Assembly (NCBI RefSeq): GCF_018350175.1
Contig: NC_058368.1
Span: forward strand, 30,754,001-30,818,000
DNA from: Felis catus
Taxonomy: Eukaryota
Length of the DNA stretch: 64,000 nucleotides
Direction of reading: 5' to 3'
Shown here: positions 12,560-25,000 of the stretch, piece after piece
Layout of the letters: each line of letters starts with the position of its first letter
Numbering within the stretch: the first letter of the stretch is position 1
Translations under genes and position numbers: made by a program
The notes under the pieces: model-generated
Told to the model about the DNA's origin: nothing
What the model saw: the letters and a program-made list of their open reading frames with translations, nothing else
Databases searched by the model: none

Positions 12560-13570
12560 TGAATCCATTGGAGTATCTTTGGATATAAGCAACAGAAAAT
12601 CTAAGTCAGACTATATGCAGCAAATGGAATTTATTGACTTAAAAAAAAAGTCCAAAAATATGCAAGTATCAGGAAGGTTTGATGAGGTTGTACAGACACT
12701 AAAGTTCTACCTTCTCTGTTTCTATTTCTTTGTTCTTCTGTGGTGTCAGTGCATTTTTTGGCAGACTGTCTGCTCATGTTTGACAGGTGGCTTCTAGGAC
12801 ATTTGTAGCTTTCTCATTTACATGTAGAAATTTAATCAGTTTTCAATTGCTGTGTAACAAATTGCCACAGACTTAATAGATTAAATAATGCAAATTTGCT
12901 GTCTCACAGTTTCTATAGGCCAGATGTCCAGCGTGGTATGTCTGGGTTTTCTGCTCTGGGACATACAAGGTTGAAATTGGGGTTTTAGCCAGACTGAGTT
13001 CTCATCTAGAAACTCGAGGGGAAAACTGGTGTCTAAACTTCTTGTTGGAAGAAGAATTCAGTTCCATATGGTTGTATGGCGTGAGGTTGCCATTTCCTTG
13101 CTAGAGGTCAACTAGTCTCACTCTTTCATAGCTTACGCACATTTCTTACCACATCATCCCCTCCATCTTCAGGTGAGCAACAACATGGCAAATCTTTCTC
13201 ATGCTACTCTGGTTTTCTTTTCTTCTACCAGCCGGAGAAATCTCTTTGCTTTTAAAGGACGTATGTGATTAAGCCACGTCCACCTACATCATCTCCTTAC
13301 TTTAAAGTTCATCTGATGAGTAACCCTAATTACATTGCTGCATGCTCTTGTATCCTGTCCTATAATGCTGGCAACAACACTAGAGGATGGAGATTGTGGG
13401 GGCCATATTATAATTATGCCTAGTACAAGAAGGGTACTACTTTGGTAGCTCAGTGTGTTCAATACTGAACCAATCCTTGTTGCCAGAAAAGTGGTATATA
13501 GTGATTTTCTTTGACCAGTTAAAGCCCATCTCCATATATGTGGGAAAGTGAGGGTCCTGTTAAGCTTGGG
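12560..13570 (-). mobile_element. Old MaLR LTR (MLT1J/K-like) split by a younger MLT1
   Basis: AAGCAACAGAAAATCTAAGTCAGACT...GGAATTTATTG before 12830; resumes as CTGAACCAATCCTTGTTGCCAG after 13427. Confidence 0.55.
12832..13427 (-). mobile_element. MaLR solo LTR (MLT1E-like)
   Basis: ATTGCTGTGTAACAAATTGCCACA...TCTCACAGTTTCT...AGAATTCAGTTCC...GGGGGCCATATTA..TGCCTAGTACA. Confidence 0.82.
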
Positions 13571-13609
13571 AAATAGATCCTGAGAATGCAACCAATCAAT
13601 GTTCACTGC

Positions 13610-13735
13610 ACTTGAGTTCTGGTCCTTTCACTGCCATTTATCAACCATGTGAGTTTTGGCAGAAAATGCTCTGTTTTTTCATCTGTGACATAAAGATAAT
13701 CCAAATGTAGCAGACATTGTGAGTGCTCTGATAAA
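13610..13735 (+). mobile_element. MIR fragment
   Basis: CTCTGTTTTTTCATCTGTGACATAAAGATAAT core. Confidence 0.6.
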
Positions 13736-15199
13736 CATCACATCGCTTTTCCCGTCCTTGTATGGGCATTCCCCAGGTTATATGTGTTTTGCTTCTAAAA
13801 GCTGTAGCTGTCACTCTCATCATAAGACTGAATTTGCACTACTCTTTTTCCCAAAAGGCCAGAGAGGAGCCGTACATTCCCGATGTTCTTAGTGTTAAGA
13901 GAGAATCCTTCATCGCTTTCTATATCCTAGTGGTTAATGGGCATAAATTCAGATGCTTTAAAATCATTTCATTTTGCAGATATTCTTTTTAAACATAATT
14001 CCCAAATAGAATTTTAATTTTCAACTCATTCATTTTGGGGGATATACCAGGAAGATAGAATATTTTTATTAGAAACACGATGGGGACTTTCTTGAAACAA
14101 ACTCACGACCATTTTTTTTCTTTAAAATTGTGGTTGTTTATTGATGATACTAACCTTCAGAAACTTTCAAAGTAACATTGATGATGCTTTGTCCTAGTCA
14201 ATTGCTCAATTACCTATCTCCTGTTGTAGACCTAGGACTAATTTTTAAAAAAAATGTAAAAACTTCATCAGGTGTATTCCTCTAAAATGGTTGGGTGGAG
14301 ATCCGTTCAGGCATAAATCTTCATTAGAATCCTTATTTTGTATTTAGTCTTCTCAGTTGGTTGGCAGAGCATGTGAAATGTGCTTTGATCAGAAGAACAG
14401 AAGACGTTCTCTTCTCTAGATACTTGCCAAATAATATAATCTTGAAATTCCTGCTGTCAGGTTGTTATTAAATGCCTATTGTGAGGTATAATATTTATGG
14501 AAAATTTCCTAAAGGCCATGCAACATAGGCTCTCCTGGCTGTCCTGAACGTTACCTTTGGATAAAGTCCAACCATCAGAGGTCTATTTTACTGTGTTGGA
14601 CAGTATTATTTTGAACCCCATTAGGTTTACTTTTACTGAATTCTGCTTTAGTACTGGGTCATTGACCTACATTGAAAGACTTTATTTGAAATGGCTATGT
14701 GAAATGCATTTATTATTACAGGAAGTATAAGGAAGCATAGGAAACATTGAGTTCTTTGTCACAGAGAGTCCTCTTTATATGAAAACAAAGTAAAAATTTT
14801 CCTTAGGCTTACCAATCAGAACAGCGCTATTCTACTGAAAAACTGATGTGATTTCATATTATGGGCCCTGTGAATCTGGTAACAGATCACGCTTTAGTCA
14901 CTAGGAATGATATTTATGGACCCTTACCCTCCCCCCTACTCTTTTGTAATACAGCATAGAAAGCTTTCTTAGTGTGCTTATCCAACCCAGGGTATGATTA
15001 TTTCCTCTTTGCAATGATTCTCTTGACTATGTATTTCATCTTTTGTGTTGAAACATTTTTGGAAGATGCTTCAAATCCTTTGTGAGATACTACTGCTTTA
15101 TTTGCCTTCTTTTGATTTTCTGTTTCTTTTTAAAATTTGGTAATTACCTATTACATATGTTGCATATATTCACTATTTAAAACCTGTCATTATTTCAAT

Positions 15200-15670
15200 A
15201 AATAGTTCAAATATTTTTATATGGCTCCTGTGCCAAGCTCAGTTCAGGGAAAAAGAAATGAAAGATGTAATTCCTGCTTGAAAAAAACCCACAAATTTCC
15301 ATGGTAGAGGAAAATAAGCGAAAAAGCATAATGTGAGAGGCTATGAGAACAGAAAGGGGGGGTACCTGACTCAGAACTGTGTTTAGCCAAACTAGTCTCC
15401 ACAAAATATATTTGAGGTGAGTTTTGAAGGATTTCTTGTAGGCAGGCCAAAAGCGGAGAGAGGGAAAAGCCTATGGAAATTCACCAAGACATAACAGATG
15501 ACTGGTGGTCATTTCAGAATAACTTGAGAGCAAGCTACAAGAGCCCCTGACAGTAAATGAGACTAGATCATGAAGTGCCTTCGTGTCAAACTAAGGAGTC
15601 CCCCCTCCTTTTTTTTTTTTTTTGAAGCACCAGGGAGCCACTGGAGGATCCCATGGAAAGAGATGAAGTC
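15200..15670 (-). mobile_element. L2 fragments
   Basis: CAAATATTTTTA..GGCTCCTGTGCCA, GGGAGCCACTGGAGGAT L2-like motifs. Confidence 0.5.
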
Positions 15671-15924
15671 AAACAGATGAATTTCTTGTATCCTCCCCAA
15701 CAGTTGGCATTGTGTCTTGAAAATATGAGGTATTCAACCAATGTTGATGAATAAGTTGGGTACTCCAAGAAGTATAACTGCATATCTCATTCATAGTCTT
15801 CTCAACTTTGTTTCTTTCATAAGCTTTCCTGTTCATGAACTTTGTTAGAAAAGGAAGACTGTTATTCCTCTCCATTTGGTCATTTTCCCCTTTCTGCTCA
15901 TTTCTGTAGGTGATTCCTGGTGAA

Positions 15925-16110
15925 GGTGAGCTCTAGAATCAGGTAACCAGAAGTTGTATCCTGGCTCTGCCACTGATAAGGTGCACAGCCTGGGAAAAAC
16001 AACATGCCCTCTCTGGGCGTTCCTAGTAAGGCAGTTGGGAGATTTAATGAGATAAATATGTGTTGAAGGATGTACCTAGTACCTGGCCTACAGTGAGTTT
16101 ATAGAGTTAG
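15925..16110 (+). mobile_element. MIR fragment
   Basis: TCCTGGCTCTGCCACTGA...ATGAGATAAATATGTG...ACCTGGCCTACAGTGAG. Confidence 0.6.
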
Positions 16111-19100
16111 TGCTTTAGCAGGTTTATCTGATTTCCTATCACTAGTTTTACAAAATGTCTTTTCCTTGTTGATGCGTTTGCTTTGCCAAAGTGAAGTGCA
16201 GTCTCTTCTATAGAATGTCTGTAGTAAGGAAACCGTGTCGGCTCACAAGCTTCTGAAGGAGATATGTAGTCAGTGAAATTTTTAGCATACATGACACAAA
16301 GACAAGCTTTTGTCTCAGGATCTCTACGTTTTGGTCTGATTCTAAAATTTTTACACTGTTGTTTTTCATTTTCATTGTGAGGATTTGAATCGTTGCAAAT
16401 ATTTCCCAGTTTTCATTTCTACTAGGCATATCGTAAGTATTCCCTCAAAGGAAACTTCACGTGAAAGCAGTTTCTCATCTTACACAACTGACTCATGAGA
16501 CTAATGGTTCTTTTTCAAGGGGGTCACCCACCCACACTTTTCCTGTGAGAATATATCTATTGATATACGCACATATATTTATATTTAATATATTTTAGGT
16601 AATATGTATTGATTTTAATCTCGATTTTCACTAGCTTGAAAAACCTAGGGAGCACCAAGATTGGACGGTATTTAAAAAAACATATTATTTATACCGTGCT
16701 GTTTCCCAAAAAGGATTTCAGGTCATTTACAATAAAGAAAAGCATAGTTACATAAAACCCAAACCCATAAAAATCAGTATAAAACAACAAGAGCCCAGTC
16801 ATAAAGGAGAAAGGAGAATATTGGGATCTGTGGAAAAATACTCTTTAAACATTTTCTTGGAACAAAGAATCCAGAAGGTTCAGTGAAAGGTATTCTCTGG
16901 AAAGCCTTCTTTTATCATCACTAACAGCTTGTTTTAAATTACCCTTGTGCGGGGAGTTTGGGAAGAACACTTTTTTAAGATTTTTGCTAAGTCATTATCT
17001 CATGGCCTCTGTTCTGTCCCACCCCAGCTTTTAGAGGCTAGTCTTTTTTTTTCCTCCCTGACAGGCCCACATTTCATTGCTCTCTGAAGGGGCCTCCACC
17101 ATGCTTCTCTCACTAGACTTTTGCCTATCAATCTTGACTCTCCTTTCTCCGGATACAAAGTGGTATTTCCCTTCTAAAACAGGGATCTATTGTCCTTGAC
17201 AAGATACTTTTGTTCAACAGTCTTTCTACCGGCATTTTCCTTCGTCTAAAAGAGAAATAGGATACGCAGACAAAACTGGGCTGGGAACTATATTTGCCAA
17301 TCCTCTCTATGTGACCCTTCCTTTAGTACTCATCCCTTGTGTCCATACAAGGGTTGTCCATTTCCTGTCCCCACTTCTCTGATCCTGGACTTTGAGGCAT
17401 TTTTCTTCTTGGTCTCAAGTTCGGGCTGGAAGTCTGATTGGATAGAAAGACAAAAGGGAAACATATACAACTCATTATATGTAAATCTTCATTTTGCATG
17501 TGGGGGTCAGAGATGCCATAGTTGTTATTTACTCTAACACAGTGATATGAATGCAGAAGCTTCTGATAGATTCCTGTGCAGGTTGGTGCCAAGATTGGAC
17601 TTTCATGTTTATTCGTGCAATATATCACTCGTAATGATTGTGTCCAACTCAGTACTTTTCACACTGTTTGCTGCTCCCTGATCTTTCAGCACAAGCAAAC
17701 AGTCTTCTGAAAATACCTCTCTCAGTTTGAAGGGCAATTAATGAGAAACATACCAGAAAGGTTATTATGCCTATTTTCTGGCCAGAGCCCTTTGAATCAC
17801 CCAAAGGGAAGCTAAGTATTATTTTGACATTCATTATTGGCTGAACACCGACTATGTGTTTCTGAAGATAAGATTGGCAAACTGCTTCCACAGCCGGATC
17901 CACACAGCATGGCATGTGCTTGAGAAAGGGACTCATCTGGTCTAAGTTCTCCTGCCCTTATAGCATGCAGAGTTCAGCTGGAATTTGAAGCTTGAGTAGT
18001 ATTTCTTTCCAAAGGCCATTAACTGTCCATGAGACCCCTAAGTTATTATAAGCTGGAATATTCCATTCATCCTAGACTATTGACTTATTATGTGACTAAG
18101 TGCATAGTAACACAGTGGACCACAACTGTTAGGATTTCACTTGGTAATTCAGGGATTTTCTTTTAGGTGAAAAACATCAAATCCAAATCACTAGGTAATA
18201 ATAAAATAAAATTTTAAAGAATGCTTCAAAGAGAGAGAAAAAAAGCATTCAAACTAAAATTTGTTTCACAGTCCTCAGGTTCTTTCCAGATGCCAGCCCT
18301 TGTTTTCTATTCTTGCTTCCCCTCCCCCCGCCCCCAGGTTTCTAAACTTCTGTGACACTTCTCCATGTTTACACTAATCCTTGTCCTGCCTGCAGACCCC
18401 AAGGGGAACCTCTACTTTCTCTCATGCTGCCTTCGGAATATTTAGGATAAATCCTGCGTGGTGATTCTCCATGCCTCACCGTGTCACACGTTCATTTTGC
18501 AGAGCCCTTTTACCCCATAGTAAATAGCCCAAGAGGGTGCTTGGAACAGGTGTGACAATTTAAGCTTTCTTCCTGTTCCATTGCCTGCTTCCATCATTTC
18601 TCATCTTTTTTCTTAAGCTGATACTCCGCTCCATCATGCTGCTTTTATAGCTGCTGTTCAAACTTTAATGAGGACAATCAATGCTTGCTCTGCCTTAAAA
18701 AAAGAAAACAGATTAGAACTCAGAAATTACAATGTCCAACAACTCCAATTGAGTCAACACAATTATATGAAAACTGTGAATTAAAAACAGTATCTTACAA
18801 ATTTAATACCTTAATTTACAGACAACCAAGGCCCAAATGTCTCTGTTTGACTGTTATGCATCCTGAATTGCTATTCAGCCGTGGTGACCTTGCTTTGGCA
18901 AATAGCATTCCAACCCATTTATTCATTTTCCACCCTGAGACCAGTTACAGCCCGTCTCCCATAGGGATGATCAGTATCAGGGCAGTTCACCTCACATCTG
19001 TCATTATAAACCTTTTGAAGCCAGATCGTCCATGTCTGAAGCACCAGGTATAACCATAGAGATCTATGGCATGAGTGCTTTTTTTCTGCCGGCTGTATTT

Positions 19101-20269
19101 CCCAAACAAAAGACCTACGACAAAAATAAGTTGAGTGCACTGGCATTTGAACATCACCATATACCCACCGTACCTGGTAAATGGACATCAGTTATAGTTG
19201 TCATTTGTTCCTGTCCTTTTATTCTGTGGCCTGACAACAAAACAAACGCAAGAACGGAGGTTCAAGTTAATCAGAAACTGTAGCACCAGCTCTGCCTTTT
19301 CTGGGCTTCGAGCCAAATTACCCAGGGATGGCCTGGGGGTTTGATTCAGGTGAGGGTGAAGGCGGCTTCCCCACCTTCGATCTACAACCGCTTTTTGATA
19401 GGGAGCGCTCATACAGATGTGGCGAACCTCTCTTTTCCTTTCTGAAGTGTTGAGGATGGAGGAACCCAAGTTTCAGAACGTCATGACTTTGTCTCCAGTG
19501 GCAGGGATGGCGCACCCTGATTGCCGAGTGGTTGGAGAGAGCCACAGGTTTGTTTGACATTGTGAGGATTAGATATAAAACCAGGACCCAAACACTAGCA
19601 CTCAGAAAAATGGCCCTGCGTCCCACAGGATGCCTGCTTTATTGGCACAGTGTGCGGAGCATCTTACCGAAGCATAGCTGAGCAGACAGTACACGTTATC
19701 AAGTACAGATCCTTCAATGAAGGCTAGGGAATTGTGCATGAGCCTTCCCCTTGTGTGCATCTGTCTTGGCCTTCTGACTTAGGCTGGCTCTTTTGTGTCT
19801 CCCTGATTTTTCACGCTGTTTAAACAGGGCCTCCTGCTTCTCTGGCTGCTCTTCATATGATGATTAGAAGGGAAGGCAGTCAGGCCCCGGAAGAATAGGA
19901 AGAAACTGAGGCCTCTCGTAATCAGCACCACCTTGTTAGACAACCTTGCATCCTTCTCTTCTCCATTAGGAAGAGTGTTCTCAGAATTTACTGGCTTCCC
20001 TTCTCTACACATGGTAGCTGATTTCCACCCTTTGATTGTATTTTTGCTTCTGTCTAAAACGCGTTTGCTGCTTTTCTACTCCATTTGACTCTTTCACATA
20101 CCACAAAGTCCAGTCCTATCAGACATGCCGTGCCCACACCTAAATTCAACAAGCCCTAAATCACATCATTCCTCACACCTACCTTGTAAACTGTCTTCTC
20201 CTTGTCCTAAATTTCACTGCCAATCCTGCAAGGTTCCCTTGGTGGCCTCCTTTTCCCCTGTCCCATCTT

Positions 20270-20503
20270 TTTTTTTTTTTTTAATTTTTTTTTCCAACTT
20301 TTTTTTTATTTTATTTTTGGGACAGAGAGAGACAGAGCATGAACGGGGGAGGGGCAGAGAGAGAGGGAGACACAGAATCGGAAACAGGCTCCAGGCTCCA
20401 AGCCATCAGCCCAGAGCCTGACGCGGGGCTCGAACTCACAGACCGCGAGATCGTGACCTGGCTGAAGTCGGACGCTTAACCGACTGCGCCACCCAGGCGC
20501 CCC
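20270..20503 (-). mobile_element. Young feline Can-SINE (SINEC_Fc-type)
   Basis: Perfect 16-bp TSD TCCCCTGTCCCATCTT at 20254-20269 and 20504-20519; CpGs intact. Confidence 0.97.
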
Positions 20504-21219
20504 TCCCCTGTCCCATCTTGCAGATGGCGAGGCCTCTGCAGTGGGCCTCATCTCTTCTTTCCCTCCTTCCTTCCTTCCTTCTGCTCCCCAGGTTGCCAGT
20601 CCGATGATACACCTCTGGTTCCATTTGATGTCAGTTACCAGCTTAATATCTCAGAAGAAGGAGTAGAAAATAGAGTTCAAGTTTCCTGCTCGTATTTTTG
20701 TGTTGGTAACAGCTGCCTGTGTTGAGATAGATTTAGAGAGGCTGGTGGGAACGAGCCTTGACTGATGGGCTGTGGGAGCCACAGGTCTGGAATCAAAGAG
20801 GTGACATTGGCATCACCTATGTGGGATTCCACCCTGAATCACAGGTATGATCATGTTAAAAAGAAAACGTAAATAGCCCTCAGCTGGAGGTATGCATCTT
20901 CTGCCCTCCCCGTGGATCTTGACTAACATTCTTCTCTTTCCCCTCCCTATAGCTTCTCTCTTCTTAAGCCAGATTGAAGCACTGCCATTACCTAAACACA
21001 TTTTGTCTCTTTGTTTCTCCTCATGCCTTTCCCTCCAAATCCCCCCACCCTCCGCTACAAGCAAGAATCCTGTATTACATTGGTTTAAATCTTCCTCCAT
21101 GACGTGTCACCCAATACACTTTTGCTCTGCTTCCCTGTTCTATGGCATGTATACAATGCCCTTATGGTGTTCTGTACTTTCTGTCCCTATTCTGTCATTG
21201 CCAGATGTTTGTGTCACCA

Positions 21220-21385
21220 TGTCACAGAATTTTTGAACCTGAAATCTCTCCTCACCCAGCTCCATCCTAGCCCGTCCTTTGCCCGGCACCAGTTTACAAT
21301 GGAGGAAACCAAGACCCAAAGGAGTTGCGACATAGGCACATCGGATGGCTATTGACTGGTTGGAATGAGAACCAGGTCTCCCGAC
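21220..21385 (-). mobile_element. MIR fragment
   Basis: TTTACAATGGAGGAAACCAAGACCCAAAG...AGAACCAGGTCTCCCGAC. Confidence 0.65.
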
Positions 21386-21929
21386 GGTTGCTTTTCCCCG
21401 TGTTCTTACTCAATTGTGAAAGCAGACCAGTTCACAACAATAAACAGTAAATGACTCCTTCATCAAATGATCAACTCCTGAAACACTTGGGGTATTTTTC
21501 TGCTTTCTTTTGTGTAGGGATTTGTCAGTACAGCTTTTTTCAAACATCAGTTTCTCAGGTATTAACGTTTCAGGATAAATCTGCTTTTCTTTATGCATAT
21601 TATTCTTTTCTACTTTTTGAATTTGCATATTAATATCTTGTCCACCATTGTCCTTTGTTCCTGCCCTTTCTTCTGTCTCCATCTGTTCTTGCCTGTTTTT
21701 TAGGTCTTGGTCTCCATGCTTGCCTCCTAGGTTTGCCTCTGTCTCTGTTCCTTCATTGTCTCTGATCTTTCCCTTCCCAATATGTTGACTAGTCCCCAGC
21801 TCTGATCTCCGATGGTGAAATGGATTTATCAATTGTCTTAGATCCATGTTATAGGTATTGTGAGATAGTGTTTACTATTTGTTTTTCAGTTAATTGTTGT
21901 GCTACTGCTTTTCCACTAAATTGACCTAA

Positions 21930-22050
21930 GGCGGTGAATTATAAACTTTCTGCAGAGAGGGGTAATTTCTTGTTCATCTTTGAAAGACCCAAAATACCTA
22001 ATAGAAAATCTTGTAAATGTGTCCAATAAATGCTTGTTGAAATAGGAAAT
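21930..22050 (+). mobile_element. L2 3' end
   Basis: TCTTGTTCATCTTTG...CAATAAATGCTTGTTGAA. Confidence 0.6.
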
Positions 22051-25000
22051 AAGTGCAAGGCCGAATTTTATAATTATGAGGTCTTTGACTTAAAGGAAGA
22101 TCAACACAAATTAATGCCTCTTAATAAAAAGAGTTTAGAATATTTCTCTTCTAGCTTAGTAAAGAAATGTGATATGAATCCATTCTTATTTTATTTGTTG
22201 ATTTAGCTTTGCCAAACAAAGCTATACCTAAATTTCCAAATCAGCTTGAACAGTGTTGAGATCATGAGGTTAAGTGCTTTAATGTTTTTGAAAAACTCAT
22301 GTCTCCTTTCTCATTTGAAGAAGGGAAGGAATAACGATAATAAATAATTACAGAGAAAAGAAAAAAACTCTGATTGAATTTACCTGACCACCATGCATCC
22401 ACTCATTAGTGTTGAAGATCAGCCATGCTTCTAAATCTATGTGCAACTGAATTCAATATGTGCAATGAGGGAATAGGTAACATCATAAAACTTCAAAGCT
22501 CCGGTTCCTGGAAGCCTCCTGGGTGCAGACAGTCACATCAATGGTAGTTCCTACTTCTCTGGACGACACATTGGCCATATTTTCCATTTATTTCCAATAT
22601 TGCTACCAGACAAAACTTTGGAACTAGCTAAATGTAAATGTAGAGGAAAGCAGCAACCAAAGTAATTAGTATAGTTAGTGTATCTGTAGAACAAAATCCT
22701 AAAATAAGTGCTAGAACTCAGGACTTTGTCTTTCATTTCAAGGCAAGGGAAATTCCTGTGTCCAAAGTTAATTAATGTCATGTCTCGTGTTAATGTTCAA
22801 ATGAGCAGGAAAAAAGGGGTACCGATTAGTATAAACCGTACCAATTTTATTTCCTGTGCAATACTGGTTTTGGTTGAGATTTAGTTCTTGAATCGTGGCT
22901 CTGCTGCTTGTTGTCAAGTCCGTGTTCCTCACACTCAGGGTAAACAGTGGAGACATTATGAGAATGTCAGACTAAACACTTAACTGGAAGTTTATGTGAT
23001 GGAACTATGGTACTTGGTACTTAAATAGCTCTACAAGTGATTCTACTGCACTCAGAAGTTTGAGAACTCTTGATGTGTGTGATTTGGGGAAAGTTTCCCA
23101 ACCTTTTGAATCTGTTTCTTTGTGTGATATTGAAGGAAATAATACTGATCAGGTTGTTGGAAAGGCCATGTTAGATCACATATGTAAAATATGTAAATGG
23201 GTAGTAAAAGGTGACATGTGCCCTTTTCTGCCATCCTGTAGCTTGACTGTGATCTTCCAAAGGATATATATACCCAAGCTGGACTTATGGTCATGCCCTA
23301 CCTCACCAGGGTTTTTATTTTACTTTATTTTATTTTACTATTTTTTTGAAGACCTGGCCTTTATTTTCAGTTTGACTTTGTCATCTTCTTTTTTCAGTCA
23401 TTAGTCTATTCCTTATTAAGAAGAAAATGCTTTCCTGTTAATGGACAAAATATTTCTCTATTTCCAAAGCTATTAAATTGAGACTTTTTCATTATTGGAA
23501 ATGTACCTAGGAAAACTCAGCAGAAATCCCAACTGATAGAAAAACCAGGAAAGAGAAATTTTGAGCAAGGGACAGTGACTCTGCAAGCCTTTAGAACCAT
23601 TCATTTCTTAACTTATTTCTGTTCCAATATTGTTAGTTTAGTAGGTATCATTTGTGTTGAAATGTTCTCAGTGAGAAAATCTTGATAAATGCATTCTGGT
23701 TTGTATATCAGGTGGATAAAAGTTTACTTATTATTCTTTATCAAGGTATTACTTTAATAGCCATAAATTAAATGTAATAACTACTAAATGAATAGTATTA
23801 TTAAATTACTACTAAATGAAATAACAAAGAAATCCTAGTCATATCATTTCTTAAGGACAGTAAAAGAAACTTAATTAAAGGTTAAGGAAGAAGTTCTAAT
23901 TTTTGTTTCTAAATAGTTGCATCTTTAAAAAAATTAGATGATACTTCCTAATTTGATATTTAACTTTGAAATCATGAGATAGTGTCATGAACACTTAGTA
24001 ACTGCACTTACCAGACTACCCAAAGTAGAGCTAAACTGTGTAGAACTCTCCTTTTGATGCCCAAAGTTACTGAAAAACTAGCTTAAGTAGCCATCTCATG
24101 AAATATACTTGCAGGTTTAAGTTTAGGGTCTCTTTCTGTGTCAACAACGGAGTGATTGGTACTGAGTCATGACTTCAAAACATGAAGACCAATCCTTCAT
24201 ATGTCCCTAAAATACTGTTTTTAATTCACAAGTAGGGGTGTTAGGAAATATTTTGTTTACTGAATAGGCCTAGATTTCCAAAGTTGGAACATTACTGTTG
24301 GGACTTAACATGTTTAAGGGGAACTTGCATATTCAACCATCTAGCTATCTGGTCATTTCTTCTTAGGTGAGTTCTATGTCCATAGTTGTGTTGAAATGAG
24401 GAAGTTAATGGTAGCTCTGCATGGTGATTTGAAATGCAAAAGCAGATTCTCTTTTACTTTATGGGGAGAAATCTAGCATGCATGCCCCTGAAAGCAGCTT
24501 AGATAGCATGCTTTCCAAAAACTAAGGAAGGAATTTGTTCTCTCTTATGTTCTAAGCTACATTTACCTCTGAAGAAGTCAGTATTACTCATTGCACATCT
24601 TCAGTTCCACCACTATCGTTATGAAGACAGAACCTCAACTTTCTCTGGGAGGGTGAATCATTGTCATTGGCGATTGTATGTCCTGTGAGTTGTTGGTAAT
24701 AGAAGTCGGTTATTTACTATCCAGCTGACCACACTCATAATTCACAATTTAGCCATTGTTAGAGCAGCTTGTGCAAATTAGTTTTCAAGTTTTGTGGGAT
24801 TTTTTCACAGGTTAGATTCTAAGCATGCAACACTTTCTCTTATACGTTTAGCAGATCTTTAATAATTTGTTATTCGAAGCTGATCATTCATTCTAGGCAG
24901 CTACCTAATCTATCCACAAGCTAACATTATATTGTTAATTAAAAGGAACAAAACAAAATCAATACATGTGTTTTCCTGGAAAAGAGAAATGTATGTAGTC

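Noticed and set aside
13155..13178. Second AG|GTGAG recursive-site-like motif
   Set aside because: Lies within an MLT1 LTR and is explained by repeat sequence
16426..16432. 7-nt AG|GCATATC|GTAAGT pattern
   Set aside because: Frame-shifting, weak exonic donor bases, competing AG 16 nt upstream
21410..21847. 145-aa charged ORF on the minus strand
   Set aside because: Arises from a pyrimidine-rich plus-strand tract; non-ATG start, no recognisable domain, no splice support
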